NCBI RefSeq assembly: GCF_018977255.1
Contig: NW_024704742.1
Coordinates: 133,426,001 to 133,490,000, forward strand
Reading direction: 5' to 3'
Origin: Callorhinchus milii
Lineage: Eukaryota
Length of the DNA: 64,000 bases
Shown here: piece after piece, positions 1-13,000 of the stretch
Layout of the letters: each line of letters starts with the position of its first letter
How positions within the stretch are numbered: position 1 is the stretch's first letter
The notes under the pieces: model-generated
The model's database searches: none
Told to the model about the DNA's origin: nothing
Seen by the model: the letters and a program-made list of their open reading frames with translations, nothing else
Position numbers and translations under genes: made by a program

Positions 1-3000
1 AGCAGAGAAGGTTAAGAGGAGACTCAATAGAAGTTTTCAAAATGATGACGGATTCGATAGGGTGAACAAGGAGAAACTTTTTCCACTGGCAGGCGGGTCG
101 GTTTAATTCTATGATTATATGATTGGCAAGCTACCGCGCATAGTTATGAGGTGAATGGTCAATTCGTCTAGACATTGGAGAAATACGTGTATTTTGAAGT
201 CATTTAATGTTGGCAACAATAATTTATATACCTATATAGCACCTTTCATGTCAGGAGGATGTCTCAAGGTGCTTCACGCAATAGTCTCACCTGGAGGGAG
301 GGGGTGGGGGTTAAGGCGGCCGAAAACACAGCAAAGAAATATGTCTTAAATTGGGTTTAAGATGTAGAGGGAAGGGTCAAGGCTGACGGATGGAGCTCCA
401 GAAAGCTCAGGGGTTAAAATAGTTGAAAGCAATCAAACGATAATGGGCGGATTGTTCATGGGACATGAAGCAGGCTGGTGTTTGCTTTTATATAAACTGC
501 ACAGGTCAAACCTTCACGAAAGAGCAAGGTTACAATGATAGTCAATTCACTTCACTGTATATTCTGTGAAGCACCTGCAATAATAACAATAATCCTTGCA
601 TTTGATATAGCATTTGATATCAATGATGTGATAGACTGATGTGATAGTCGATAGAGTTTACAATATATCCTATGAAGTGCTTTGAAACATTTATTTATAG
701 CACTTGTTTGGGTGCTGAGTTTCGCACACAAAATATATACAGTCAATACAGTAATATACTCTACAGTATATTTGGGTGAAACGTTTTGAGATGTCTCAAC
801 GATTGTGTCCGCTCTTAAATGTCTCTTTTTTGAAAAAAAGAGCCAAAGCTAGCCATCTATCCTGATAGCAACACAACCACAACAACTTGCATTTATATAG
901 CACCCCTCACGCAGGGTAGAGTCCCAGAACGATTGACGGAGTGGTGGAGCACAACTCCACTGTCAAGCGCTCTGGGATGTCAGCCCTGGTATCATTCAAG
1001 TAAACCTAGAAAAAGGCTGGTTAGAGCCCAGGCCTGGGGAACATTTCATGGCTCGGGAGAGTCTAAAGCAAATAACTAGGCAGATGGGCAGATTCAGAGG
1101 GACACCTGTGGGGGACATTCAGATCCGAATACCAGGATCAAAACATAATCCCTTTCAATACATATAATGAATAAAAGTTAATTAGAAAAAAAATGTAACA
1201 GTCGGGTTCAATTTAACGTCTGCTATTCTCTATGCTTTTCAACTGAGCAGGTGAAATTGAACTGATTTCTGACAGTGTGTGATCTCTAATAAAATCAAGC
1301 AGAGTGTAAAATTATTGCCTGTGGGATTGTTTAAGTTCCTGTTTGCTATTCGCTGGTATGTATTAACTCCTCTTCTGATAATAGGAGTTGACATAAAAAA
1401 AATAATCCTTGCATTTGAGGTTGAGAAGATGACTCAAAACACTTTGTAATAATAATCCTTGCATTTGATGATAGCGCCTTATCATGTCATTGAGATGTCT
1501 CAAGGCGCTTTACAGAATATACTGTATACTGTAGTGGATTGTGGGCGAAACTCGGCAGCGAATAGCATCCCACAAACAATCGTGGATTGAGTGATCACAT
1601 TTTTTTTTGGAGGGATTATTACCCCCGGAAAGCGATCTACCATTCGAATAACAATGGGTTCTTACTTACAACAACAACTTGGATTTATACAGCGCCCTCC
1701 ACACCGGACGATGTCTCAGAGCGCTTCACAATAACGGATCCCGGGGCCGAGCCAGGGGGAGGGGGAAGAAGGTGACCAAAGGCGTGGTCGAAAAGTAAGG
1801 TCTTCAGCCGAGACCTGAAAGTAGGAAGAGAGGGGGCGAGGCGAAGGGAGTGAGGAAGGCAGTTCTAGAGCCTCTGGATGTAATGGCTGAAGGCACGACT
1901 GCCAATGGTGGAGCGGAGGATTCGGGGGACAAGGAGGAGGCCAGACCTACTTACTGCTAGGTGAAGAGAGGCGTGTGGAGTAAGGAAACATGCTTAAGGT
2001 TTCGCCATGCCCAAGAATCCAACCTAAATCCTTTCGCTTGCGAAATGAATGCTCTAACTAATACGCACCAGGACTCCAGTTGACAAGCTGTAAAGTATAA
2101 TGACTGTGTATTTTTCAGGTGAACACAGCAGCCAATTTGTGCACAGCATTGTCCCACAATATTCCACGTGGGTGGGTTGGTAACCCAAAAACACAGATTT
2201 AAAATAGTTGTTAAAAGAAACAGAGTGGGGGGTGAGGAGATTTTTTTACACAGCGAGTTGTTCAGATCTGGAATGCATTGCCTGAAAGGGTGGTGGAAGC
2301 CGATTCAATAACAACTTTTAAGAGAGAAGTAGATAATTATTCTGGAGGACAAGTTTGCAGGGCTATGGGGAGAGTGCGGGGGAGCGGAATTGAATTGGAT
2401 AGCTCTTTTCAAAGAGCCTGTACAGACACAATGGGACAAATGTCCTCCTTCTGTGCTGTATAATTCTACGATTCTATGATTCAAACACCTATGAAATGAA
2501 ATAACAATTTTATCAGGGGGATTATTGGTTAGAATACTGGGAGAAACTTCATTCTCTTTTTGAATGGTACCAAAGGACCAGGTCCACTTGAACAGGCAGC
2601 CAGGACATAGTGTTTTTTTGAGTGAAACTTCTCTGCGCAATTAGCTCCCACATTTTGTTCACAAAATACATGGTCAATCTACTTCACAATATTTTCTGTG
2701 AAATGCTTTGAGAGGTCTCAATGACATGATAAGGCGCTATATCAAATGCAAGGATTATCATTATTGTTGGTTTATGTATTGCTTTTATTAAAATAAGAAT
2801 GAGAATTGAACTAGTCAAATCATTTTAAGAAAGAACAACAAGAACTTGCATTTCTATGGTGCCCATCACACAAGGTACCTTCCGGGCTGTTTAAATCCAG
2901 AGGAAAGGTTATTCTTTATAATTGTAAATTAATCAGAAATTGGATCAGGAACTTAAGTTTAAAATCTCTGTGGAAAATTCGATTTTGCTTAAGCTATTGC

Positions 3001-6000
3001 CTGGAAAATGGGCAGAATTAGCCATTGGGCTCATTGTAACAAGTGATAGTTCTCACTAAGATCAACGAGTTTATCCTCTCAAGGTACGCCAGATAGATTC
3101 ACCCACCATAAAATGCTCAGGAAACAGCATGACTTGTAAGGTCAATTTAAGAATCTAAACCCCCTGAAGGAAACTCGTGTTTCAGTAATAAAGTCAATTT
3201 CGTACTGTCAAATATAAATCACTCCGAAACATTACCTTACATTAGATAATACTAGGGTAAATCTTAGAGGTGTCAGGTCACAGGCAGTTTCAAAGATGTT
3301 CTGGCTGCTAAACACTTCTCTACTATTTGGCAAATTCTTATATTAAGTTTTGAAGCCGTTTTTCCCATAAGTTCCTTCAAGAACTTTAACATTAAGACTG
3401 AAATTGGCAATTTGCCAAATTCAGGACATGCTGAAATGCTAAGGGTTAACCTAGACCCAGGTGAACTTTCTCCCCCCCCAAATATCTTAAATTTTTATCC
3501 TACAAACCAAATGTCTTACAGCTACAATGCAATGTTTCACAACAGATTGACAACACATTCACAGCACAACCTCCTTTATGTATGTATGTACGTGCGCATG
3601 TACGTAATAATAAAATCCTTGCATTTGATATATGCAAGGATGTTTTATTTGATATAGCGCCTTATCACAGCTTTGAGACGTCTCAAACTGCTTCACAGAA
3701 TATACTGTAAAGTGATTTGACCTTATATTTGTGGGCAAAACTCGGCAGCCAATTGCGTATAGCAGTGTCTCACAAACAGCCGTGGGTTGGTTGACCAAAT
3801 TATTATTCTTTATTTATTTATTTTGAAAGAATTATTACCCCCGGAAAAGTGACCCACCAACCAGATGCCTACTTACTGCTAGAGAAGCAGATGCGTGTGG
3901 AGTAAGGAAACTTGCCTTATGTTTCGCCCTGCTCGGGAATCGAACCCAGATCCTCTCACTTGCAAAGCAAGTGCTATATATGCATGTAAGTACGAATGCT
4001 TGTATGTATGTAAGAATATATGTAGTCACCCATGCCAACAACAGCCCAAAATCCATCCAAATTTGAGGCTACAGATCATTTTTTAAGTAAAGTTCTGCTC
4101 GTGCTGGTTTAAAGGACTTACTGAGCCTAATTCTGAGAGTTGATTAAAAGCACTGTTTGGGACTGAGTCATAGCCCTAGAGATGATTGGATTCTATAAAA
4201 CTTTTACAGACTTAGTTGAAAGAAATAGCATTTTTACAGAAACTTGTCTCGTTTGAAAGTCTCAATGCATCTCACAGATAAACTTTTACGTGAGCATTAG
4301 TAAGCTCCCGGCATAACCATAAGATGGTGGTCAATTCATCTGGAAAAACAGTAAGTTTCATTTACAACAAATACTTGCATCGCCCTACACACAGGTGGGG
4401 TGTTGGAACACTTAATGGCAGAGTTTCTGACACTGAATCGGCAAGGGAGAGGAGGTAATTGAAAGCACAGTCGAAGAGGAAAGCCTTCAGGTTGATTTGA
4501 AGATGGGCAAAGAGGTACAAGCCGGAGGGTTTGAGGTAGGGAGTTTAAGAGATTTGGAGTTAGACAACAACAAGGCTGTGCAGTAAAGTTCTTTCCAGTT
4601 ACTTTGGTCGAGGATTATTGTGGTGAACCTCAGACTGACTGTACAGTGATGGGTCTCTCTGGACTCTTGCCTCTGTGATCTGCATATAGTCTTGTAACTT
4701 CTGCCAGGAAGAAATTTGCAAGAGGAATTTGGACAGAGCTTTTTAAATTTTTTTCTACCAACTCAGCAAAGTGGAACATTTTATGGCATCGCGATCAATT
4801 AACCATTTGGGTAGGAATATGATCTAATTTGCAGTACAGTATTTCTGAATGTGATGTCTTACTAAGGAATCCAAGTCATGCAAAGTGGGTTCATTGGGGA
4901 ATTTATTAGTATGTTGCCAAACTGTGAGATCTCCTCTCTGGCATGAGTAGTGTATAGTGTTGTCCGACAGGAGTATTGGTATCCTCTCATTCGTCTATAA
5001 ATCCCTTCAAACCTTAACACCTCCCTATCTTTCTGACCTGCTTTCTCCCCACTCCACTACCCGCTGCCTCTGCTCGGCTGGCTCTGACCTCTTGTTTATC
5101 TCTCGTTCCCTCTGCTCCACTATCGGCGGCCGCACTTTCAGTCACTTTGCCCTCTTTTAGATCATGACTCCCGCTCTCCAGCTTGGCATCAGGCTCTGCC
5201 AATGTCAAGTGCTCCAAGACGCTGGCATGCATGAATGGCACTATATAATAATAATAATAATAATCCTTGTATTTGATATAGCTTCTTATCATATCTTTGA
5301 GATATCTCAAAGCGCTTCACAGAATATACTATAAAATGAATTAACTGTATATTTTGAGAGTGAAATACAGCAGACAATTGCACTCAGTAGTGCCTCACAA
5401 ACAGTCGTGGATTGAGTGACCAATTTATTATTAATTTTTTTGAAGGAATTATTACCCCGGGAAAAGCGATCCACCAATCGACTAACAACTGGGTTCCTAC
5501 ATACTGCTAGGTATTGTGTGGGCCAAACGTGGCAACCAATTGCACATAGCAGTAACCCACAAATAGTCTTGGATTGATTGACCAAATTTTTTTTTAAATT
5601 TTATTTTTGAATAATTATTATCCCTGGAAATTGATCTGTCAATCGACTAACAATCGGGTTCCTACTTACTGCTAGGTAAACAGAGGCGTGTGGAGTAAGG
5701 AGACTTGCCTAGGGTTTCATCCTGCCCGCGAATTGAATCCGGGTCATCTAGTTTGCGAGGCGAGCTCTATAACCACTACGCTACATGACTAACCAATAAG
5801 ATACAGGACTTTTATTTAGTTGCCTTCACATCAAGAATGCTTCAAAACTGTTCAGCTGCATACAATTATGGCTGATCCAGGACTTGATGTGAGACAGTTA
5901 CTCAGTCAGAGCTGGCTGGAATCCCGGGTTGTGGTGGAGAGATAGAGGCAAATGCTTATACAGAAACTGGAGTCTTTGCATTAATTGCGACTTAACGGTT

Positions 6001-6127
6001 TGTGAATCTCGGAAGCCATTTGCATTGTGAGATTTGTAAAATGCTTTAAGGCAAATCTCATTGCAAATCTGAGGAATAAGAAAATAGAGGATAAAACCTG
6101 AGTTACATCAGAGGTGAGTGCGAAGTG

Positions 6128-6298
6128 TCAGAGAAAGAGAGAGAGAGACCATAGAAAGAGAGACAGATAGAGACATAGATAGAAGGAAAGATAGGCAGAG
6201 AGCGTGACAGAAAGAGAAAGAGACACAGATAGAGATATCTATGTTTGCCTAAAGAGAGAGAGACAAATAGACAAACAAAAAACAGAGAGAAAGGAAAG
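6128..6298. repeat. Degenerate GA/GACA-rich microsatellite
   Basis: Runs of gagagagac / agatagag. Confidence 0.85.
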
Positions 6299-9200
6299 GT
6301 TTTTTATAAACTGGTTTTACACACTGGGGCGGGGGGAACTTCAGGCTTGCAGGGGAGCGCATGCAAAACAAAGAATTAAAAGACTTGAACTCACAGACTA
6401 GGCTGACGCTTCAGGCAGGATTGGGGGAGTATTACTTTGCCGGAGGTGCCGTGCTTTGGATGAGACATTAAACCGAGGCTCCAGTTAGGCTCCCATCTGT
6501 GCCTTTTCTGTGAGCATTAAAGATCCCAATGGCAGCACTCAAAACGAGAACAGAACATTAGACATCCTCAACATTCGCCTGAAATAAAAATTGGTCATTC
6601 ACCTCATGGCTGTCTGTGGGACACTATTGTGCACAAAAGTTACTACCACGTGCAACCTACAAAATATGCAATCACTACTACACTTTACAGTAAAATTCTG
6701 TGAAGCATATTGAGACGTCTTGATGACATAATAAGGCATTGTTTGAACTGTACGGATTATTGTTGTGACTTAAGACATTGGTGGGGAGTGCCCACTAATT
6801 GTCTCGGTTCAGTAAGGTTGGGGCATTTGCCTTTGCCCGTTTACAAGGTTAATCTCACACATGGTTTATGATTTCCAAGTTGAAATCGCGATGTAATTTA
6901 CAAGCGCACGGGGACTAATTCACTTCATGAATGGAGCTGGGCTGACGTATTGTCTGGGGCAGAGAATTCACAAGGAGAACAGCCCCCAGCGGTACGTTAA
7001 TCAGTTGTCACTCAGTCAAGTGCAAAAGACTTGTGAGTCCCAAGCCTTGGAAGCTGAACCGTTTCCATTCGTTTTCCTTTCAGTTGCTAACCATTTTCAA
7101 ACACGAGATTCCTTGCTGCTTTCGTGCTCTCTACACTGTACTTTCCACTGCAGAGTAATTTCCACATTGATGTCATGTTGCTGGAAAAGAACAAGTGGTT
7201 CTCGACGGATTGTGAGCTGGAGTTTAACTTGCACCCTTTGACTACTGGCTCCCTGGACACAGACTACCACAGGAAAGTTAAGCCTGGGAAACAACACTCA
7301 AATGCACACACTAGGTCCAATGCCAAATAATATTAATAATAATCCTTGAATTTGATATAGCGCCTTATCACGTCTTCGAGATGTCTCAAAGCGCTGCCTA
7401 AAATGTACTGCAAAGTGAATTGACTTTGTTTTTTGCGTGCAAAACACAGCAGCCAATTGCACACAGCAGTGTCCCACAAACACTTGTGGATTGAGTGACC
7501 ACATTTTATTTTTTTTAAGGAACTATTGCTCCCGGAAAAATGATCCGCCAATTGGCTAACAACTGGGTTCCTACTGACTGCTCGGTAACAACAACAACAA
7601 AATTACATTTGTAAAGCGTCTTTCACGACGGGAGCACGTCCCAAGACACTGGACAGTCGGGGATCAGTACCCGAGCGTGGAGACACAGGGTTGGGATGAG
7701 GGAAGGCAGAGAAGTAGGATGGTGGCTGAAGGCATCGTCGAAAAGGAGGATCTTGAGTCATGCCTTGAAAGAAGCAAGGGAGGAAGCGAAGCGAAAGGAC
7801 TGTGAGATGGAGTTCCAAAGGGTGGGGGCAGAGAGGCTGAAAGTCCGGTCGCCGATGTTACTATGGGTCGGGAGGGAGACATGAAGCATGCCGGAGCCTG
7901 CTGAATGGAGGCGTGTGGAGTAAGGAAATTTGCCTAAGGCTTTGCACTGCTGGGAATCTCTTGCTTGCGAGGCGAGTGCTCTAACCAATATACTACAGGA
8001 CTCCACAAATGCAAGGGGCTTTGAGCCCAACCATCATGAGAAAGTCTGGGAGGCCTTTCACGCATTGAGGGGGCAAAATTTACTACTCTCTGATAATAAA
8101 CACTGTATTTGGTCAACTGGGTGTCTAACATTTGCGCAAACCATTCACCGTGTTTGGAGTCTCCGAACTGAACTGCGGAGAGTTCCACAAGTGCAATGGT
8201 TTCCGTTTGCCCTGTGTAGAGTGCACACTCTCTTCCTGGAGGGATGGACCCTAATCCCAGAGAGTTTAGGTATGGGTTGGCAAGAGCCAAGGTTTCCCAT
8301 GGATGTTCAAAGTAAATAGTAAATAAATACTGGGGAAGAAAGTGCACAATGGAGTTTCGAGTAAAAGTTACAGAAACGGGATCAAAAGATCTGTAGTGAT
8401 GTAATACTGTGCAGAAAAGATTCAATAATGTTCCTCCCACCAGTGACAATTATCACATCATGTGTCGCCGTTTTCGCCACTAAACTTTCCTCCCAGCTTC
8501 CCTCCCCAGTCATCTCTTCTCATTCAAAATGAGACTTATTGAATAGGTCCCTTGGTTGCAGGACTTTGCTCTCTGAATAAGGGGATGTTGCGTTTGTGTC
8601 ACTCCACTTCTTGTGAAGCACTTTAAGATGTCCTCCCTCTGTGAAAAGCACGATGCCAACTGCAAGGACTATTGTCAGTCGAACCGAGCCAGGAGTTCCG
8701 CATTGCCGTCTTACTGACAAGAGGAAATTTTTCTGCCTTTTCAAAGATTTGGCGAGACACATAAGTGATCATTAAATCTCAATGTAATTTCTAGCCACTG
8801 ACAAAAATTGTGCAGTTTAGCTTGACAGCGATGTCTGGCTTCACAATGAGTCATTCCTTGGCAAAGGTCTTAACACCTGCCAACGTGAAATGAACAAGAG
8901 CTTTGTTAAGAACAGCCCACTTCACTCAAAACACACGTGGGGCATATTGGATCAAGTGGCAGCCTCAGTAAAATGTCGGTTTTATTATTTAAATTTTACT
9001 TGAATAAAAAAAGGTTAAATGTTTCAATTTACTCCATTGCAGTGGTGGGGTTGCCCTGCATTGTTGGAAGTGACGTCCTTTGAATGAGATGTGGAACCAA
9101 AGTCCTGTATGTGTCTGTTCAGGTGGACGTTATAGATCCCGTGAGAGAAGTTTGTCCCAGTAACCTGACCAACAAACCCCATCCAGTGGTCATTGACTTC

Positions 9201-9824
9201 ATGGATGTTTGTGGGACATTGCTGTGCGCAAATTGTCAGCTGTGTTCACCTACAAAACACCCACAGTCATTACACTTTATAGTATACCATGTGAAGCGCT
9301 TTGAAACGTCCTCCCGACATGAAAGGAGCTATACCAAATGTGAGGATTATTATTATGATGAAAAAATAATTTCTATCAGGGTTAATGAAAGTTGCAAGTG
9401 TCAGCATATGACTTAGTTGAAAAAAAAGTTTAAGAAAAAGGACTTAAACTTAGCACCTAGACATCTCAGTGTAACTGGATTACCACATGCTTCCACTCTA
9501 GGAAAATTCCACATTAGTCATAGCTTCTCATTTTCAACTCCATTTTTCACACTTGAGCAGAAACAGATCCCCCGATCTGGTCGCAGAGTGAATGAATGCG
9601 CTGGACACAAAGGGGATCTGGGGATTTGGGTGAAATGAATCCATGAAAATCCAATCCATTTATTAGACTGAGGTCCTGTGATCGAAGGAGGAAGCGGGGG
9701 AGAGGTTACACTTCATCTAAGTAAAACAAGCCTCTTTTCTGCAGGAGAGGGGGAAGGGGGTTTGACTTGAACGCAGCTGAGAGATGATATCACTGGGTTA
9801 TCCCAGCGTTTCCTGTGACAACAC

Positions 9825-9830
9825 TATAAA
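9825..9830 (+). promoter_or_regulatory. Candidate TATA box of C1QTNF3
   Basis: TATAAA about 160 bp upstream of the start codon in non-repetitive sequence; position only, no transcript data. Confidence 0.45.
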
Positions 9831-9986
9831 CATATGCTTGGCACGCAATTCCGGCATTAAGCCTTGAATGTTGGCCAAGGTACTTGACAGAGATCACAGT
9901 TTGCCTGAAGTAGCTCAGGACAACAGTAATCCATTGCTGAGGATCTGCTAGCCCCACCATCCCAGCCCATTCTTTCCTGTCCCAAC

Positions 9987-10070
9987 ATGGGACTGAAGAC
10001 TTGTGAGCGTTGGTCCATTCTTGTACTCTTCTTCCTACCGTTCTGCCTGTGTCAGGAGGATTACATGGAG
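9987..10070 (+). CDS. C1QTNF3: C1QTNF3 coding exon 1 (signal peptide): [28 protein letters not shown]
   Basis: ATG in strong Kozak context (aacATGg); hydrophobic signal peptide; donor GAG|gtgagc, phase 0. Confidence 0.93.
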
Positions 10071-13000
10071 GTGAGCACGAGAGATGTTGTAGACTTGTCG
10101 ACTAAAAGTCATCGAGGATAATGTGGGGTAATATGGTTAATGGTAATCCTGGTGTATAACGTGGCAGCAAACTGAGACTACAAAGGAGGCTGCTGTTGAC
10201 AATATTGGATCAGTATGGGAAATAATATAATAATAATAATCCTTACATTAGCACCTTATCAAGTCGTTGAGAAGTCTCAAAGTGCTTCACTGAATATACT
10301 GTAAAGTGAATTGACTGTATATTTTGTGGGCAAATTGCAGCAGCCAATTGCGCACAGCAGTGTCCTACAAACAGTCGTAGATTGAGTGACTAAATTGTTA
10401 TTACTTTTATTTTTTTGGATGGTTTATTAGCCCCGGCAAAGCGATCCGCCAATCAAATAACAATTGGGTTCTTATTTACTGCAAGGGTATATTGCCAACA
10501 TAGAACAGGTTTCTAACTGAGGTAAAAAAAGAGTCAGGTATGCACTGTATAAACTGCAGGCGCTTCGAACTGATTTCATGTGGGTTTACAATAAAACCGT
10601 GGGTTTACAATAAAACCGACTTTCTCTAAGCCTTAATTCAAGATAGTTCAGCTGGTTTCATTTCGCTTGTGCAGTATTTTATTCTGTTTTATTTTTCCTG
10701 TGAACGAGTACTTGTTTCTGGTGAAAGAGAGAGAGAGAGAAATGCCACTTTGCATGTTTCTTATTTGTTGTTTCATATTTTTTCTTAAGAGTAAAATGAA
10801 ACCGGCTGTTGGAACGGAATTGAACTTGCAACAAGTGAGGAATTTATAAAATCAGAACGACTTGTTTTAATAAAACATCAAACCTGATTTTTAAATATTT
10901 CTTTTTCTATCCCATTGTTGAGTGGGGAGTAGAGTTTAATAATAAAAATAATAATAATCCTTGCATTTGATACAGCACCTTATCACAGCTTCCAGACATC
11001 TCAAAGTGCTTTTCAGAATATACTGTAAAGTGAATTGACTGTATATTTTGTGGGCGAAACGTGGCATTCAATTACATACAACAATGTCCCACAAACAGTC
11101 ATGGATTAAATGACCACTATTTTTTTAAGCGATCTGCCAATCGATTAAATTAACTGGAATTTTAAGCTTGGGCCAGCCTGGCTCTGTTGCTAGTACTCTC
11201 ATCTCTGAGTCAGGAAGTTGTGAATTCAAACCCTATGTCAGGACTTTGGACTTGCACAGTCAAGGCTGATGCTCCAGCGTAGTTCTGGGTGGAACGCTGC
11301 CTTGTCATAGGTGGCGGTCTTTCAGATGAGACGTTAAACCGAGATTCTGTCTGCGGGTTTAAGTGGATGTTAATGGTCCCACAATCGTATTGGAAAACAG
11401 ACGGGAGTTTCTCCTGGTGTTATGGCCAACAATCCACCCTGAAATAATTGGTAATTTTAGTTCCTGGCTTCATGAGACGTTGCTGTACACAAAATTGCCT
11501 ACAAATATACAGTCACTCCACCTTACATTAAAATCCTGCTCGTGTACTCTCGGGCACCAATTCCATGACCCCATCACCCCCACCCTTGCCCGACTCCACT
11601 GGCTCCCCATTCCCCAGCATATTGAGTTCATCTTCATCCTCACTTTCAAGGCCATCCATGGCCTTGCCCCCTCCTACCTCTCTGGCCTGCTGAATTCCTA
11701 CCAACTTGCCCGCTCCCTCCGTTCAGCGGGTTCCATGTCTCCTGCCCGAACCGCCCTACCATCAGTAGCCGGGCTTTCAGCCTCTGCCCCTACACTCTGG
11801 AACTCCATCCCACGGTCCCTTTGCCTCGCTTCCTCCCTTGCCTCCTTCGAGGTTGGTCTCAAGACTCTTCTCTTCGATCGTGCCTTTGGTCACCCGCCCA
11901 CCTCTCTGCCTTGCCTCACCCCCTACACCACCCTCCCCCATGCTCGGGCCCCGACACCTGACTGTTCAGTGCATCCTCCCGACGTGAAAGGCGCTCTATA
12001 AATGTAATTTTGTTGTTGTTGCTATGTGAAATGCAAGAATTGTTATTATTATTATTATGTCTAAATGAACAAATTGACAGCAAATGTCTGTGAAGCACTT
12101 TGAGACATTATAGGTGACATATCAGACGTGCGTAATTTTATTTTCCAAAGGCCTAAGTTACACACAAGATGATAAATAATTTAAAGATGTTTAGTGTGTT
12201 GGAACCTTGGGGTCTTGTTCGACCGTCAAATATCCTTTCTATCCCACATTCCCTCCATGACCCTATTACCGCCATCCTCGCCCAACTCCACTGGCTTCCC
12301 ATCACACAGAGGATACAGTTCAAGATTCTGATTCTCACCTTCAAAGCCCTCCATGGTCTTGCTCCCCACTACCTCTCCGACCTCCGCTCAGCGGGCTCTG
12401 GCTTGCTTCACATCCCCCGCTTCGCTTGCCCCACTATCGGCGGGCGGGCCTTCCACCACTCTGCACCCACCATCTGGAACTCCATCCTGCAGTCCCTCTG
12501 TTTCATCCCCTCCCTCACTACCTTTCAGACCCACCACAAGACCCTCCTCTTCGACCATGCTTTTGATCTCCCGGCTTCCCCCCCTGCCCTCGCCCCTTTC
12601 CCACCCCGACCCTCAGCTCTGGTCTATAACTCTATCTGTCCAGCGTCTTGGGACACCCTCCTGACGTGAAAGGCGTTATACAAATGTAATTTTGTTGTTG
12701 CTCTATAACATTTGTGCTCTTTAATCCCTTTAGGTATTATTATTTGGTTCCTCAGATGTTAATGGAACCACCAAAATTGCCTCATTCATTCTTAGTTTGC
12801 TTTCGAGATCCTTTTCAAAGCATCCATATATTTACTCAGCGCTTAAACTTTATTGCTTTAAAAGTGTACAAGATAATTGCATACCTGAACCTTCTGAACA
12901 TTTTTATTGATATGTATGCTTTAGAAGTTTGGTTTTATTATCCTTTTGAAAGTGTTGGTTGTCAGATAGAATGATTGATTGCTCACTCGCTCTCCTTATG

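Noticed and set aside
11363..12669. ORFs of 212 and 166 aa
   Set aside because: SINE/L2 3'-end chimeric frames, not cellular genes.
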